Shown here: positions 46,181 to 61,700 of the stretch, one piece after another
Layout: each line of letters starts with the position of its first letter
Position numbering within the stretch: position 1 is the stretch's first letter
Assembly (NCBI GenBank): GCA_002633005.1
Contig: NMRA01000613.1
Location: 62,001 to 126,000 of the forward strand
Reading direction: 5' to 3'
DNA: 64,000 nucleotides
Origin: Phoronis australis
Taxonomy: Eukaryota > Animalia > Phoronida
The notes under the pieces: generated by a model
Databases searched by the model: none
Seen by the model: only the letters and a program-made list of their open reading frames with translations
Told to the model about the DNA's origin: nothing
Position numbers and translations under genes: made by a program

Positions 46181-48915
46181 TTGAGCAATTGTGGGTATTC
46201 ACAACAAAGTTAGAATCCTTTGATGAATGGACAAAGATAAATTGTGGCAATTTACTTTTGACCGGACTTTGTGAGATTTCACCACACCTGCAGTTTTAAC
46301 TCTAAGAGGAGGAAATCAATGCTCAGCTTTTAGCACTTTGTAGAAAACTAATTTCACTCTTCCTGAGTCTGCAGTTTATTGGAATTAATGAGCAATCATT
46401 TTGCAATTGGGACTTCAATTGAAACATCAAAATGTGCTAAAATGTAACCGCAGCTCTGCATGACACACCAGTACAGTCTAGCCACCTATTGTATGAGACA
46501 ACTGTCTGGTACAGATAACAGTAATAGCAGACAAATGACAGGTTTAGTTTTCAAATGTTATTATTTGGAAGTAAAGAACTTGACCTTGGGCAAAAAGCAT
46601 CAAATGAAAATTGTGCAACTGTAGCCACATGAACACAGGTGGTGAGGGTGTTCATGTTATCTGTGACCTTCTCTCTGGTAATCATAGTCTCAACTCTCAG
46701 GTTGACCATTTATATAACAGACCCCACAGTTATTGGCTGGCCTAGCTTGTATTAAATAACAGCAGTGTGCCAAGATAGTAAAAATCCACTGGATCATATG
46801 TCAATGGTAAATTTCTTAATGAACATTGCTGATCTAGTTGTATAGCAATAAACATTTGTGACCATTTTGCTCATGACTAGAGTGACCTTTTGCAGACATT
46901 AAAATGTTTTCTCTATTTTATTTTCTACCTTCATGTACATTGGTCATACTTCAGGCGTCAACTAAAATTCCGGGTAAGTGCTCCCACAGTGTTTTATGAT
47001 TCTTTCAGTCCATGCAGAAAAATAGTGACGATTGTTAGATAAGAACACCAGCAAGGTCTACAACTGGTCTCATAATCTTCTCCAACATTCACATTTCAAA
47101 ATTACCAGTTTAAATGTTTCTGCGAAGGTGAATAAACACTAGCAATAGTTCAAACTTCAAATCCATAAAACAAAGATTTACAAAACTTACAAAAGTTGTG
47201 TATGTTGGCAGCGCTAATTTTTTCTCCACAACCTGTTTTGACTGGTCCCTGCTTCGAGTTTGAATTTTGCCGTGACCAGTTTAGCTTACTTGCAGCGATT
47301 TTGAAGTATTGCGAGATTAGCTATTTCTTAAGCACTTAAACACTTGGTACCAGTTTAATTCATTCGGTATTCCACCTAACACCCCACTGTATGGACATGG
47401 ACTTTCGAAAACGTATAAGAATTTTGTAATTCCAGTCAAATTTGAATGTTCAGTTGTGAACAACATTGCAGCATACTATCTCTGATGCAAATAGTTAAAA
47501 CAGTAGGGTACATGGCATTCACATCGCATCATACTATCAACAGCTTACTAAAGACAGCTCAAGTGTCAATCAATTGGTGGATTTCACCAAGATGTCATAA
47601 CAATGTTACTTCAAGCACACTGCCAGAATAGTGGATCAAAAAAACCAAGTGTTATTAGCCTAGACATTGAATAATAGTAAAATTGGGGAGAACATGACAA
47701 GAGCCAAGTGCAAATGATCCCAACCCTTTCACCTCCCCACCCCTTTTGTCAATAGCTGCCTTTGGGCTTGCCCAGTTTCCTGTCTCAAAAATGTGTGAAC
47801 AGGTTATACCACAAAACAGTTCATAATGTATGGCAGTATGTCTCTAATGCCCAAGAATTTGGCATAATGTGTCCCATTTTAAGAGAAATAGAATCAAGAT
47901 GCAAGTCCGAACAACAATGTCTGATCACTTCACAGTCCATGAGGAACTAGAGGAAACAGAAAACTTGGGCAGTAACAGGACACCAGTGGTCAGTAAATAC
48001 CCAATTAAAAATTGTCACAACAGCAGAACCTTAAGACATACAATATGCCACTAACGTATTTTTTCTCTAAACAAAACTAATTGAGGCTTAGGTCACTTGA
48101 CAAACACAAAGGCCCTTTGACACTATAAACCAAAGGAATTTGATTAAAATGTAAGATTTTTTGAGGTGCCAGAATGTCATAACACATGAGCAGTCAGTGA
48201 AAACAAGATTAACATTTAAATGCATTTTTAAGCTGTAACATTATCTCTAATTTTGACTGAGGGCAATTGAAATTAATTGGAAGAAATTAAGAAAATAAAC
48301 AATTGGAGACACCCAGAGGTTTAAAACCACTTCAATAGTATGAAGCAGTGACTAATACCAAACATGTTTCACATTACTTTTAGATGGATTAAAGTTCTCA
48401 CTGCAAAAAAACACCATTTCTAACTAATTTTAGAAACCAAGACTAGATTTAACTCCTAGACCAAGAGATGCATGAAACTTAGCGCGACTGAAACAACTGC
48501 GGTAAGCGGAAACTGCAAGAATAAAACCATCAAGCTAACGACAAATGGTAATTGGTTCGCCATAAAATGAACAGGACTTGTGATCATCGTTGGTTTATGG
48601 CATATTTTACAGGTGACGACCAGTTGTATTTCACAAGGGTGAAGCACTATGAAGTCCACTCACTCAAAGGACCTTCCGTACTTAACCCAATCTTGACAGC
48701 CAGCCCGATAACCTGAATGCAAAGATGTGACTTCATGATGATTCATGTGCTGGTGGTTTCATAAAAAAGGATTGTGATACAGTGTAGACTACCCTTATAT
48801 CAATTAAACTGTAACACCCCTGTTTGATATGAAATAACCTTTTCATTTTCACAGCACTAAATTGCAGACCCACGAGTTCAATCCAACCGTGCCGTTTGGA
48901 GAAAACCATCAATAA

Positions 48916-49402
48916 GGTAGCTTTTCCATTAAGGGAACTTCGGTTCACCAAAACTTTGCTTACCTTTTCCACTAGACAGCGATATCAAAGTTATTGCTAA
49001 GATACCAGGCAACGCAGTTCATTCGTACTCCCTAATGAATATTGAGTAGTGAGTTCGAGGCTAACTGAAAAGTGTTCTGCCATTTATGAGTGTTTATGAA
49101 AATAATCAACTGGTGTCACTTTTCATCAGATTATTAATTTACGTGGGTCTACTGAGAGCAAGTGGGCTAGGCTACAATAACAAAGAACACGTATATTGTT
49201 GCCGCGACATCTACCAGTAACTTAGGAAGTTTCGCACTGACCTTTCCCACTACACCAAAGTTTTGGTGAGAACCAAAGCTTCACTTTCAAATCCTACCAT
49301 TTTCAGTGAAGTTGCACCTGTAGATTAACTACCAGAGTTAACCCTTACCACTTATTGAAACTTCAGTAAAAGCGAAGTTCCGCCTCTAATGGGAAAGCGA
49401 CT
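48916..49402. mobile_element. Degenerate PIF/Harbinger (Tourist-like) MITE
   Basis: Imperfect TIRs ggtagcttttccatta..ggaacttcg / cgaagttcc..taatgggaaagcgact, flanked by TAA on both sides; internal inverted copy of tcaccaaaactttg. Confidence 0.55.
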
Positions 49403-52399
49403 TAAGTTACTTGACTAAGCGAACTTTATATCTATGTTAAGTATTGAACAAATGAACACATTTATTTTGTGCTACTATAATCATACATGATAGAAACTGC
49501 ACAAAATCAATTCACACTGCTACAACAAGTCATTAGTCAAGTCTTATCTAGAAGCCAGGTGTCACATTCAGATGTTTCAACAAAATAAATGTGACTCCCA
49601 AAACATTGAAGAAGTGTTGGGCTGGGATATACAAATACCTCTAGATTCAACTCAGTCCTTACTGATATTTAGTGTAAAACCAATACAAAATGTGCACTTG
49701 TCCTGTAACCAGAGATCTCCAGGTGTAACCACATGACTGTCTGAATCAGGTTTTGGTCCAATCCACAAGATCCACAAGATCCACACAAAATGATCTTGAA
49801 ACGGTAGCCATCATTTACCATACACATTGATGCGCATTTGTGGAAACTTTACCAAATGTTGTTCTATAACATTTGCTTGAGGGAAAAACTAAGCTAGTAA
49901 GAGATTTAAATTTCCTCAAAATTTTTTGTGAAGATTATTGTCAAAACAGTATTTCATGTGAAGTCAGAGGTTAAAGGCAAATCCCTTAAAGTTAACCCTG
50001 TTGAGTATGGCCTAACAGGGGCTCCGCAACTCTTGAGTATCAGGGCCATATTTCACAAACATTTGGTGAAAGGGTCCCAAAAAGAACTTAATCATCCATA
50101 TAAAATTTCTTACATACTTTTAGCTCACAGGTACTGTGCATTTTCTGCCACAAGATAATGGATAGTACGCAAATGCCTTTTTCTGGACAACTACTTCTAC
50201 TGAGGCCAGTATGAACACTCATCTAAAATTTCCCTGTATGGAAGGCCCTCTGGCTAACCATCTTAACACTTACACGTTTACACCTCACGCGAAAGGTCAA
50301 TTTATCTTTTTTTGAAAATAATATTTCATTTTCTGTAACTTCTTCAGGTAAGTGAACCCATTTTTAGAGGCTACACAACCTTTAAACAACTGAAATTTGA
50401 ATTATCAAACACTCTTGGATTGCCGTAAGAAGTTAATAAGACATTAAGCTATCCAGATAATTTGAGTTCAGGAACTGAACTAGAAACAGCATTTTTGGAG
50501 AGGAAATGAAATATGCAATTATAAAATGCCACACCAATGCCATGGATGGCATTTTAAAAACATTGCACTTCTTGTTGGTACAATAAGGACAATGTTTCCA
50601 AGAACTGAAGTATTAAAACCCAGCAAACAATGTGAAAACTACAAACATGTACTAATCTTAGCATGTTGGTGGTGCTTATGTTTTGTCTAGCAAGGAAGAT
50701 AAAACCGAATTAATTAGTTTGAAGATCATGACTCCTTGGTGAGCTTGTAGCACAATGTGTCAGTTGATTTGAGTTTATTGGGATCTTGGTGTACACAAGC
50801 AGTCATACTCAATGATTAATAGTTTTATAAAGGAAGATTGTGGTCACCATGGTAACTGTTGGAATGTCCAGCCATTGAGCATGTCTGTCAACTGTGAAGA
50901 AATGGACTGATTACTTCCAGATTCATAAACAAGGGTGTAAAACAGTTATTTGCTTGCCACAATAGTTCTCTGTTTCTTATAATGAAGTTGTTAAGACCAG
51001 AGAAATAGGCTTCCTAACTTTTCCACCCAAAAACATTATTTCATATTATCCCATCAATTCAAAAAGTTTTAGGCACTAAGAAAAGCAAGATCTCCTAAGT
51101 TCCTCAGCCTTATTTGAATATTTGCATCGTACGGTACTTTTAGATATTGCATTTATCACATAAATTTTCACATAAGGGCAAACCAGATATCCAAATCAGA
51201 AAACAGATCAGCCTCCACATGGGGATTTTAGACAGAAGATGAGACATACATGTACATCTGTCATTGGACCAGACATCAATAAAGGCTTGTATTGACTTTT
51301 AATTCATAATGTTTCCATTGTTAAGATGTGTATAATTTCAACACTTTTTATTATACTGATTGAACCATCTCTGCTTGTAAAATCAGTAACAATTTTGCCC
51401 TTTATTTTTTCAGAAATTTTACAATTAACATTTCACACGTCTACCACATCGTGTTTAAAAACTGGTCACATATTGAGCGTTGCGACATCCCTTGACATAT
51501 AACGGCAGCACGAGACAAAAGTAATCAAACAAAATTCCGGTTTCCCGTCATTACAACTAATTCTGTTCACAGCAAAAATTACTGAAAATACCGATAAGGG
51601 GCAAAATTCTAATAAAACAATGGCCAAGCCACCTTATTTAACTTTCCTGTCAATGCCCCTCATTCTCGGTCAAGAGAAATATTCCAACAACGAATTCGGC
51701 TTCTGCCAAGCCATCATGACTGGCCGCGGAATTCCGGGTCATTTTGTCTGAATACTTCTGGCTTGTACTGTATGATTGAAGTGTGTTGTCACGCCAGAGT
51801 GTTGCTAAGTAGCTCCTCCATTATGTATAATTCATCACCTCCTCACATAATGACAGACAGCAGGTAGCAAGGTTATGTAGGTCACACGCCATCTTCACAG
51901 ATGATGAGCTAGGATTATGGACAGGTACAAAATGATTTCAGGTTTACACAAGAACAGGAACTGTGAGAAATGCTGCATAACACCAAGTAGCCTGACTGAT
52001 GTGACCACGCAGAAATCAGTGAATGAGTGAAAACTTGTATATCCTGCTCAACTGACTGGCAAATCAGTGGACCAAAAATGTAGTTAAGTTTGTGATGAAA
52101 AATTAATTATTTAAGCATCCAAATTACTGATCTCATAAAAATACAAGAGACAATGCTTACTCCAGCTTTAGCTAACGTCATAAGAACTTGGAAAGTGAGA
52201 CACTCCTAAGGATAAAACGAGTTTTAAACAGCTAAAAATAAATTAGAATAGAATAGTCAGTCAAGCTTTGAAAACATTTAATTCTACTTGTGTACTGACA
52301 TCAATACCTCTTAGTCATTCCCTCCACATTTGGGCAAGAATGTTAAAAATATCTGATGCATCTTCAAGAATTAGTACACGTGGCAGTTGGTATGGTTTT

Positions 52400-52650
52400 C
52401 ATACGAAGCTAAAGGGCATGGGAATTCTATGGAGGAATTCCTTCAGAAATGTTGGGGAGTTCTACAGAGAACATCAGCCAAGAAAGGCTGCCAGCACTGA
52501 CAGTGGTTGGACATGTGAAACCAATGTTGAGTTGAATGGAAGAGTGCAGAGATGGGAAATAGATTCAATTAAGGCTGTTGGGATTGGAGAGGACTGCACA
52601 GACCTCAGGTCTGACTGTAGGCCCTTTCAGACCAACACCAGTACAAGGAG
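52400..52650 (+). mobile_element. Decayed RTE-like LINE 3' fragment
   Basis: Frameshifted remnants resembling W-x-G-H-V and ERTAQ-DRSDWRP motifs of the RTE ORF C-terminus. Confidence 0.4.
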
Positions 52651-53815
52651 AGTCAACCAGTAAATTGTGAAATTAGTTCAACATTTCAGAACTGATCCTG
52701 TACTAAAACATGGGTCATCAATGTTATCGCAAGATGGCGTTGCACGACTGTTACGCAAACACATCTTTTTACATGTAAAGAATCTGGTATAATTCTGTAT
52801 AATAAATGAAGTGTCTACAGGGATTGAATGGTGAATATCAGGTATTTGAATAAAACATTATTAATAATAGAAATACAAGTGTTGTTACAATTAAAAAGTT
52901 GACTGAAACCAAGCCTTACCAAGCCTTTACGGTAAAATCTAAAATCTACTCACCAGTATTTACAATGACCGACATTCAGTGGGCAATGCCCGTTTGAACA
53001 AGTCAAGTGGGCCTCATTTAAACTGGTTATACAAAAAATGTCACTTGTGAGATGGGAATGGAGTTGTAATCATAATCTTATTGTTGGCCCTGGGAAATTA
53101 TAAGGGACTTTGTTGTATTGGGCATATATGGTGAAAGAACAGAGTGCCTTGTCGTTAGGCAATGCGAAAGGTTTGTCACAATAACCAAATACAAACATAT
53201 AAAACAAAATATTGTTATTCGAAGTGCGAATGTCTCTAGGCATACATTGTTGACAGAAATTAAGACAGAGTATAACAATGTCAGGTTCAATACCATAAGA
53301 GAAGTGACCCTGAAATGCCCTCATTTTATATGCAACAATGGTCACCTATCTGATGATGCATGTCAGTCATACCTGCTCTACCTACCAGGTGTGAAGGGAA
53401 ATACCATCTTATACAAGGCAGTGAGTCTCTTTAGTGTAGTGCTTTGTTGATAATACAAAGAGTAGGGACATAAGAGGGTTATTGTTAAGCTGTATTATAA
53501 CAAACTATTAACTCATGTTTAACTGTAATAATAGTTTTGTTATTGCCTGGCCACACCTTAACCTACTGTTTCTTTGTCCTCAACAACACAACCCTTTTGG
53601 TGAGGAAGTCATTGGGAACACATTAGCATGAGGCAGGTTCTGTCACACCTGTATTAATTGCAAAATGTAAAGTATATATATACAATAGAATATATTTTTC
53701 AGCGGAATTCGATGTACAACCACTCAAAAAGGGTGATTTATTCATGGCCAATTTCCCTACAAAATTACCCAAAAGGATTAAATAATTCACTTCCATAGTT
53801 TAAAACTCCAGTCTG

Positions 53816-54153
53816 AGCGGAGCGTCAACGTAAGCTGCGAACTTAATTAAACCGTTCACGCCAGCTTCAGTAGTTAACCGACATCACAGTAAATAGTAGG
53901 TGATGCTGTTGTCATCGAAGTAATCGCAAGGTAGCGCTTAATACGCTTAGACTTTTTTAATGTGACAATTTGGGAACATTTACATGTGCTAATTATGTTT
54001 AATTTGATTGGTAATTATTCGAGCAAAATATATGCAACTATTAGTGACGACACTCTGTCCTTTAATTGCTGATGATAACAGTGACACTTGGCAATAACTT
54101 CAATGGGACCAAAGTTGACAGTTCATACTACACGGCATCGTTGACGCTCCGCT
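53816..54153. mobile_element. MITE-like element with perfect 15-bp inverted repeats
   Basis: agcggagcgtcaacg (53816-53830) / cgttgacgctccgct (54139-54153); no clear TSD. Confidence 0.55.
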
Positions 54154-56619
54154 GTTAAAGCCACCTGTTTACTACGAAGTTAACTAGTACTGTTAACTTC
54201 AATCCAGGACTGAAATTAACAATTCACGCTGATCACAAATCCTCCACAAAAAACGCGTTAACGTTAGTAATGAAAGGACCTTATTACGACTTGCATGCCC
54301 AGTGAGCACTGTGCAATAATGCAATAAACAGAGGCGAGACAATATAAAACTGAAATGAATTTTGACAGGGTAAGTTTTTTTTTGCAGTGAATGGCCCCAC
54401 TGTGTGTCCTGGTGGCTATAGGCTAGGGCTTATGATCAATTCAAAGACATAGTGCAGTTGACAGTACATTTCTTTTCCAGGTATTTGATCTTTCCAACCA
54501 GTCAATTCAATTCTTTCTTGGTTTTACAAGACCTGTTAATAACAGGTAACTAAGCCAAAGAAGACCACAATTAAGCTATTGAGGGATCTTTGTGTTCACA
54601 GTAGCTTTCCATCCAGCTTGCCAGTTTAAAATCAATATCCCAGGGCAAAACAGTAACAGTCAGTATCTATTTGTGAGGCAGGTAAATTAATCATAACCCT
54701 GGCATGAGCAATTTTTACCTTCCAGCCCAGAAGACAGAGGTTATCAGGGGTTCTGATAAAGGTCAAAGGAGTGACCAAGAGACCATGAACACACATATAA
54801 TCCACAGGTGTACACAAACAAGGGAAGGCAGCCTTCAACTGAACAAACATAAGCTAACAAAAGTAATAACCCATGACACCACCAAAATTAACAGGTCATC
54901 CTCTGTGATGGCATCAAAATCCTCTCTCTTAATTGTGGAATTCAGCTCACAGGAACAAAAGAAATTGCATTTTGTCTAGAGTGAGTCAACTTGGCTCATC
55001 TTGCTCCAGGGATAATTTGAAATTGTGTCAAGCCAAAGTCCCTTTCATAATCTAGCAACATTATAGAATTATATATTGGATGATCCTGATTCAGTAGACT
55101 GTCATGCTTCACAGCAGGTTATCCATTCAAAGATCATGTTATCAAGGCTGAATAATGTCATAACATAATAGATTGGCTGGAGGGAGCTGGGCTTATATTT
55201 GAAAACAATAGGTTGAAGGTAACTCAAGACCTTGGGCTAGACTAATCGACATCTGATGCACAGACCTCACCCAACTGAGCTGGCATATTACATATCCTGA
55301 ACTATGCTTTGCCTTACCTAGGGCACCTGTATTACACATTTATTCATAATGAGGCCCTCCTATTAACATCTTTCACAGGTAATGCATGGAACAATAAACA
55401 AGATTCAGGGAAACTATCAAAAGTTACACCAGATGGCCATTTCAACTTAACGTTGTTACTAGAAAAGGTGAGATTTTCAAGGTTTGACATCTAAAAGAAG
55501 AGAATTTTTTGTTGTAAAAGTCTTGAATTAGAAACTGTTCTAAAATTAAACAACTTGAAGCAAAGCATTCTTGCACAAATAGACAACGTCCCAATTTTCT
55601 CAGAGAAATTATTAAGTGTCCAATATTACACAAAGTTCAGAACTAACATGGATGAGAGTGGTCCTCAGTGCTTTAAACACTAATTATCTATTCACCTAAC
55701 CAAACCAGTTCCCAGAACAGGTTAAACTCATATTTATGAATCTTAATGACAAGAGAAACACCTGTGGTTATCAAGGTAATGCCAACCATTGTGAACCTTA
55801 ACAATAGATTGAGATACAACAAATCTAACAGGACATTGATGAAAAATGGCAGCTAATAAGAACCCCAAGTGTAAGACTACTGGTGTCTGTAAATTTACAA
55901 TTGTATTGAAGATAGAGCATTGTGCACAGTTCAAAAAGATAACATAATAGAAGATTGTATTAAGTGTAAAGAACCCTAGTGAACTAACCAACCACTGAGG
56001 CCTGTGGGTTGTATTGATGACATCACAGAGGTCTGTGTCACAAGGCAGACACACACAAAGGATACCTGCAGGATTTAGAAGACCTGCTAGGAGAGAACAA
56101 TTTTGGATAAATAAGCACAACTCACTTGATTGGGTGTGGGAGGGGTACTGGGGTATTGGAGTTTCTCTATTATATGTACAGAAAGATCTTGTAGATTATT
56201 ACACTAGAACCTAATGGATTGCACATAAAAACTTCTTAAATTATATCCTTTACTTTAAATTATATCATTACTCCATATATCAGATGTCAATTGTCATATA
56301 GTGCCTGATTTTACTTTATTTCCATTTCTGTTGACAAAGGATGTCATTATATCCGAAAATTTCAGCGATCCATTGTTGTTGTTTTATTTACGTATATTTA
56401 TTCAAATCATTAAAATGCAGGTAGAAGGTACTGACAGGATGTAGACATCCTGGTACATCTCCCAACTTCACAAGCTCACAATTACTGAAAGAGGAAGCAA
56501 CCATTTTTTATGTTACCATTACTAAAAACGCAGATCCCTGGTTATCATTGAGTGACATGTCCCTCGTTAATAACTGTTATAGTGGGAAGTTTGATGTAAA
56601 TGGCCCTCCAAAAAGCCCT

Positions 56620-57130
56620 GCACGTTGGTTCTGCATTCAATGCCCAAGAACAAACACAATATCCAACTCGCTATTTTCTTCTGGATTATCTAACTTTTGG
56701 GTCCTCCACACCAATAAGAGCAGATTTCGCTCACATTAGTCGAATAGTGGCGCCAGTTTTTTGTTTATATTGGTTCAGCATTACACCTTCGTAGTAGAAA
56801 AATCAATGTTTCGGGATTATCGCCCAGTAATAAGTCAAATTCCTATAAGAGCTGATCAGTTGCCCATAATTGTGAGGCTGATTACTATACGTGACACAGA
56901 CTGTGTTTCCACTGTCTTCATTGATTTCAAGCACTTTGACAAGTCTCCATCAGAACATCGGAGGTCGGTGTTTTGTCTCACCTGGTCAATAGTAATTAGC
57001 ACTAGAAGGCACGGCTTTGATGATCGAATTTCAGGTACTCTTTCACCCATGCCTTTGTTTGAATCATTAGTTTCTGTCTTAAGCCCCAGCTAAACACTGA
57101 TTTTTCATATACCATGTCCATTGTCCATAA
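56620..57130 (-). mobile_element. Decayed L1/Tx1-like LINE ORF2 fragment
   Basis: Stop-ridden translation includes KAWVKEYLKFDHQSRAF*, resembling the post-RT W-x-K-x-Y-L...R-x-x-W block. Confidence 0.35.
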
Positions 57131-58662
57131 TTTTTGCTCCACTGGGTACACACTTCCACTGTCCAACACAACAACAAATATGACTTTTTAATCAAGACAA
57201 GTCACAGGCCTGTAAACACTATGATTAAACAACAACTGTCTGAATACGAACAATCAGAATGTTTGGGACAGGTGTTATTGCCAAAAATGCCCTTTTTGAT
57301 ATTTCAAGAGCTTCCAACACTGTTACGATAACGCGACATTTTTCAAAGTAATACGTGATGGTAGCTAAGGAACATAAGCAATTTTGGTTGAATGTAAAAG
57401 ATTTTTTGCATTAATTCACACCAATGATAATGGGTATGGGAAATTTGAACTTGGAAAAATGCTTAAATTGGTGCAACATGTCTTTCATGGAACAGATAAT
57501 AAAATCTTACTTGTTAAACATTATGTGTCGTTAATTGATGAGGTTTTACTGTGTTTTGCTACTGTTCAGATACTTCCAGAGACGTTGTATTGAAAACAGG
57601 ATATTACTTTGCGAAAATCCAGTTAGTTACCATAGGAACAACCTAATATTGCATTACAGACAATAGAAAAGAATTCATAATTATAGCAAGTTTCAGTTGC
57701 CCAGGAGATTACCAAGCAAACCTATCAATCCAGGTTTCAAATAGAAATGTACAATATTTTAAAATTTTTAAGGGTTTGAGTATTACTTCATAAGATATAC
57801 CTAAAATAAGCACCAGACAAAGTGGATTGTAAGCACCTCCCTCAGCAGGTGTTGGATAGCACTGGTGTGAATTCAATTTAGCATTTTCAACTCCAAAGTG
57901 AAAATACACACAAAATAAAAGGCTCATTGCATTTATACTATCTCAACAGTTGTATGCATAATCGTACATATGCATCAGTCACATGGTCACATCATGTGAC
58001 CAACAATTACATGTCCGAAAACATTCCTGTCCCACCAGACTCGAACCAGTGAGTAGAGGACCTTCCGCAATATTTTCGACTTGCAATTCCTATGTGTCCT
58101 GAAGCCATTTCTCCTCTTTTGCATTGGTAGAAAAACCCATTGACTGATTGACCTAGTTTTTGAATGGAAGCTGAATTGCTTAAGTGAAGAACAATTACAG
58201 GACCCACCATGTCTCTATTTTGGGCCGAATATCATCTGCATTCCCCAACGAAAAATGTTTAAAAATCATATGGGATTCCTCTCTATAGGCCCAAAACCTA
58301 CCCTCAAGGTTAAAATCACACATTAGTTTTTCTTGGCTACTTTGCACATTGCCAATGAGTTGCGGTAACATGAGGAACTGACGGTGACCTGGGGTTACCC
58401 TCAACCAAAAACACCTTCAGAAGGCACAGGCACCTTTACCTCAAGGGCCTTAGATGTGAAATGCCTCATTCAAACTTTGTGCATGACAATTCACAATGCA
58501 ACAACAAAACTTTGGCAACACAGAAACAAACGACAAACAAATCTCATTGCAAAATAGCGATTAGTGCAGCGGCATTGTACAACCTGTAGACCTAGTGCCC
58601 TACGGAAGCACAGCATTGTGGGTAAATATCACAAAGTCAGAGGATGCTGTCATATTCTTAGC

Positions 58663-58727
58663 CGTGGCTATTATTCAGCGTGGCTATTATTCAGCGTGGC
58701 TATTATTCAGGTGGCTATTATTCAGCG
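58663..58727. repeat. 16-bp minisatellite, 4 copies
   Basis: (cgtggctattattcag)x3 plus one copy lacking the first c. Confidence 0.93.
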
Positions 58728-61700
58728 GCATTCATCATGTAAATCTAATGAGATATATTTCAGATGTAAATGAAATAATTCCAACTCTGATATCATCCTT
58801 CATACAGTACTAATGCCACTGTGTTGTAGAGATAGAATCTGATATTGGTCCCTGTGAGGACTGCACTAGTTGACATAACATCTGGCCTGGCCTTCTGTTG
58901 GTCAAACTCATAGAATGAAAACAAATGGTTATTGGATGACATTGGCAAAGGAAATCATAATGCCCTTTGGTTGTTGCTGGTCAAAGCCAGCATGGGTCAC
59001 AACAAAAACACACCTCATAATAGAGGTAATTTGCAACCTATAGCCATTCTGTGTACCCTTTTATCTCCAGTTAAATCTGACTGAGTGACCAGCTACCTGG
59101 TTGTGAAGATGAAAGGAATGGGTGTTTTTCAACAGTTGATGTTTGGTTCAGTTGTCAACTAAGATAGTGGACTCAAATCAACTCACAGTTTGCTGAAACA
59201 ACACAGAGGTTCTATGATTAACAAAACCAAAATGAAATTGGTTTCTTGGCTCATGCGCGACGTCGCACTGAAAAAAGTGGGGCTATAGCTCCCCTCCCCC
59301 AGCCCCCTGGCACATCTGTCTCATTCGGATTTTGATTTTTTCAGTTAAGACTCATTAGTAAAACCCGCACAACTTTCCATGAAAAATATATGGGAAAAAC
59401 TTTGGGCAAGTACTTTGCGAAAAGAAGTCAAAAAGTAGGAAAACAAGATCCTTGGGAGGCCCGATTGGTGCTTAGATACAATGTTTCAAAACCCAAATAT
59501 GGCCCACTGAATATTTTCCATAAGAAACATTTAAAAAGTTCATTACTCAACAAAGACATAGTTTGTACTTCCCATTTGTTCTGTCAAGCTTAGTTTCAAT
59601 CACTCACTGAAACTCCACAGGCCATCATTTGCTACTGAGTCAAAATCCCAAATAGCATTTCTAGAATCCAGATCGGACTCCTACAGCTTCACTTAATAAT
59701 GCCAACTAAAAAGTAAAAGACTCTCAACAAGTAGTTGCCGTAGTATTCTTGTGTGTCAGTGATCTTTTACATTTGATTTGGAGACTATACATTAACTGTG
59801 TCAGGTTATTTATAATATAATGGAAATTGCAGGAGTTGCCAGTACTCTGCTTGTCGGTTATGGAGTAAAATGTAAAATACTTGGCTTGTAAAACTCAGCT
59901 CGTATTTCCAAATTAATTTCTGGTCAAAAATGTGACCTGAAGCTCTTCATGTTGAGCTATGCATTAAAAAGCCTTCTCCCTTCCCTCTCAGCCCCAACTG
60001 CTCATATATAATAAAAAATCAAGCTTTTTCCTCTCCATTAAAAGTGTACCCAGACTCCAAGACACATGACAGCCATCAACATTTCAAAGCCTACTTCGAA
60101 ACATCAAAAGACTGGCTGATTATTGGCAAATTTAAACTGAAATTTGAAAACAGTATTTTACAAATCAGTGTTTTAAAACAGCATAATATTTACAAAGGGC
60201 CAATACACACAGCACAGACACCAGTGGTTTGTCAATACACAAATGTCATATCAGGCCTGTGGACTACCCTTACAGGGCTACTGCACGCCACACAGTCAAC
60301 AATGTTATCTAGCTAGGTAAAGGTTGCATGGGGTTACTGTGCCCCCTGTGAAGTGGGCCTCTTCAATGAGTGCTCCCATCCTGGACCGCCGTTTACTGGA
60401 ACAGCGAATAGGACTGCTGGGCTATATAAATTTATACACATAAAGTTAGTCCAGGTGAACCTGTGAGCACAGGGCTGTGTTAATGTAGGGATGTGCAAAC
60501 TTCAGGCTACCTATAGATATAAAAGTTACGCAATGGCTTGATAAACCTAAAGCAGTACTGGTTGCCCTAGGGTGCACCCCTACAATTACCAATTCAAAGT
60601 TGCCACCTTAAACATAATGGAATGATGCAGGGAGAAACTACTTCATGTTGGCTAACATTCACATTGGTTGAGAGTTTTAAGTAATGGCTGGTGAGAATTA
60701 ACATGTATATTTCCATGCGAAAAACACTGCATTGCAGTGGAGCTTTCCCCATGTGAATATTGCAAGAAGTAGTCTGGTGTATTTTTAACCAAATTTTTAG
60801 TTAGAAAACTAATTGTATTGGGACATGGATTTGCTGTGATTCTGAGTTCCACAACGTTTTGCTGGAAAAAATTATTCAGGACCAACGTGGTTTGTTCATT
60901 CAGTTAAAATTTCAATCGTTCTCTGTACCATAAAATCAAACAATCCCACTGAGCAAACGCTACAATCTAGGCTAGAGTGTGTTATGGGATTACTAAAAAC
61001 ATAAAGGCGAATATTAACAATAACCAGTCGAAACTTGTTCTTGAACATGTGCTAGCAGTGTCTTCCTACACAGCATTGCAGCAACTGAGCAAGATGCCGA
61101 CAATTATTTTTATTGACACATACATCCCTCCATGGTTATTTTAAACGAAATCCTGATTGATACACAAATTGTCCAAGGGGATAATTTTCAAGCATAATCT
61201 CTGAGTTTAAATACGATTTAATACAAAGAACGGGATTTTGAAGAACTAAAAAAACAAGCAGGATGGAAGATGGTGTGATATGCAGGTACAAAGCACTGTC
61301 GCTTTGCTTAACATAACCCTGCAATTACATTTATAAACTTTTAGTAAAACCCAGTTCAATCATTTTAGCAATTTATGATGTATGAGCACATATGGTATAC
61401 CTGTTCCCCCACTACCAAGCCATTTAACAGGTACAGAACCTATTAGGATATCACTATGATCAGTAGGTGGTAATTTCAATGTCATAATTTCAAATCTGTG
61501 AATAGGCTACAGAATGGTTCAAAGCAACCAATGGCCTAAATAGTGCTATAAAAATACCAGTGCTAATCTCTGTTATTTAAATGCATGGCTCCTGAATAAA
61601 GGCTTCATTCCTTCTATTTGCTATTGTGACCCTACACTAACAAATACACAGTTATGACAAGCTGTATGTGAGTCTTGAGCTAGTCAGGGGCACAATGACA

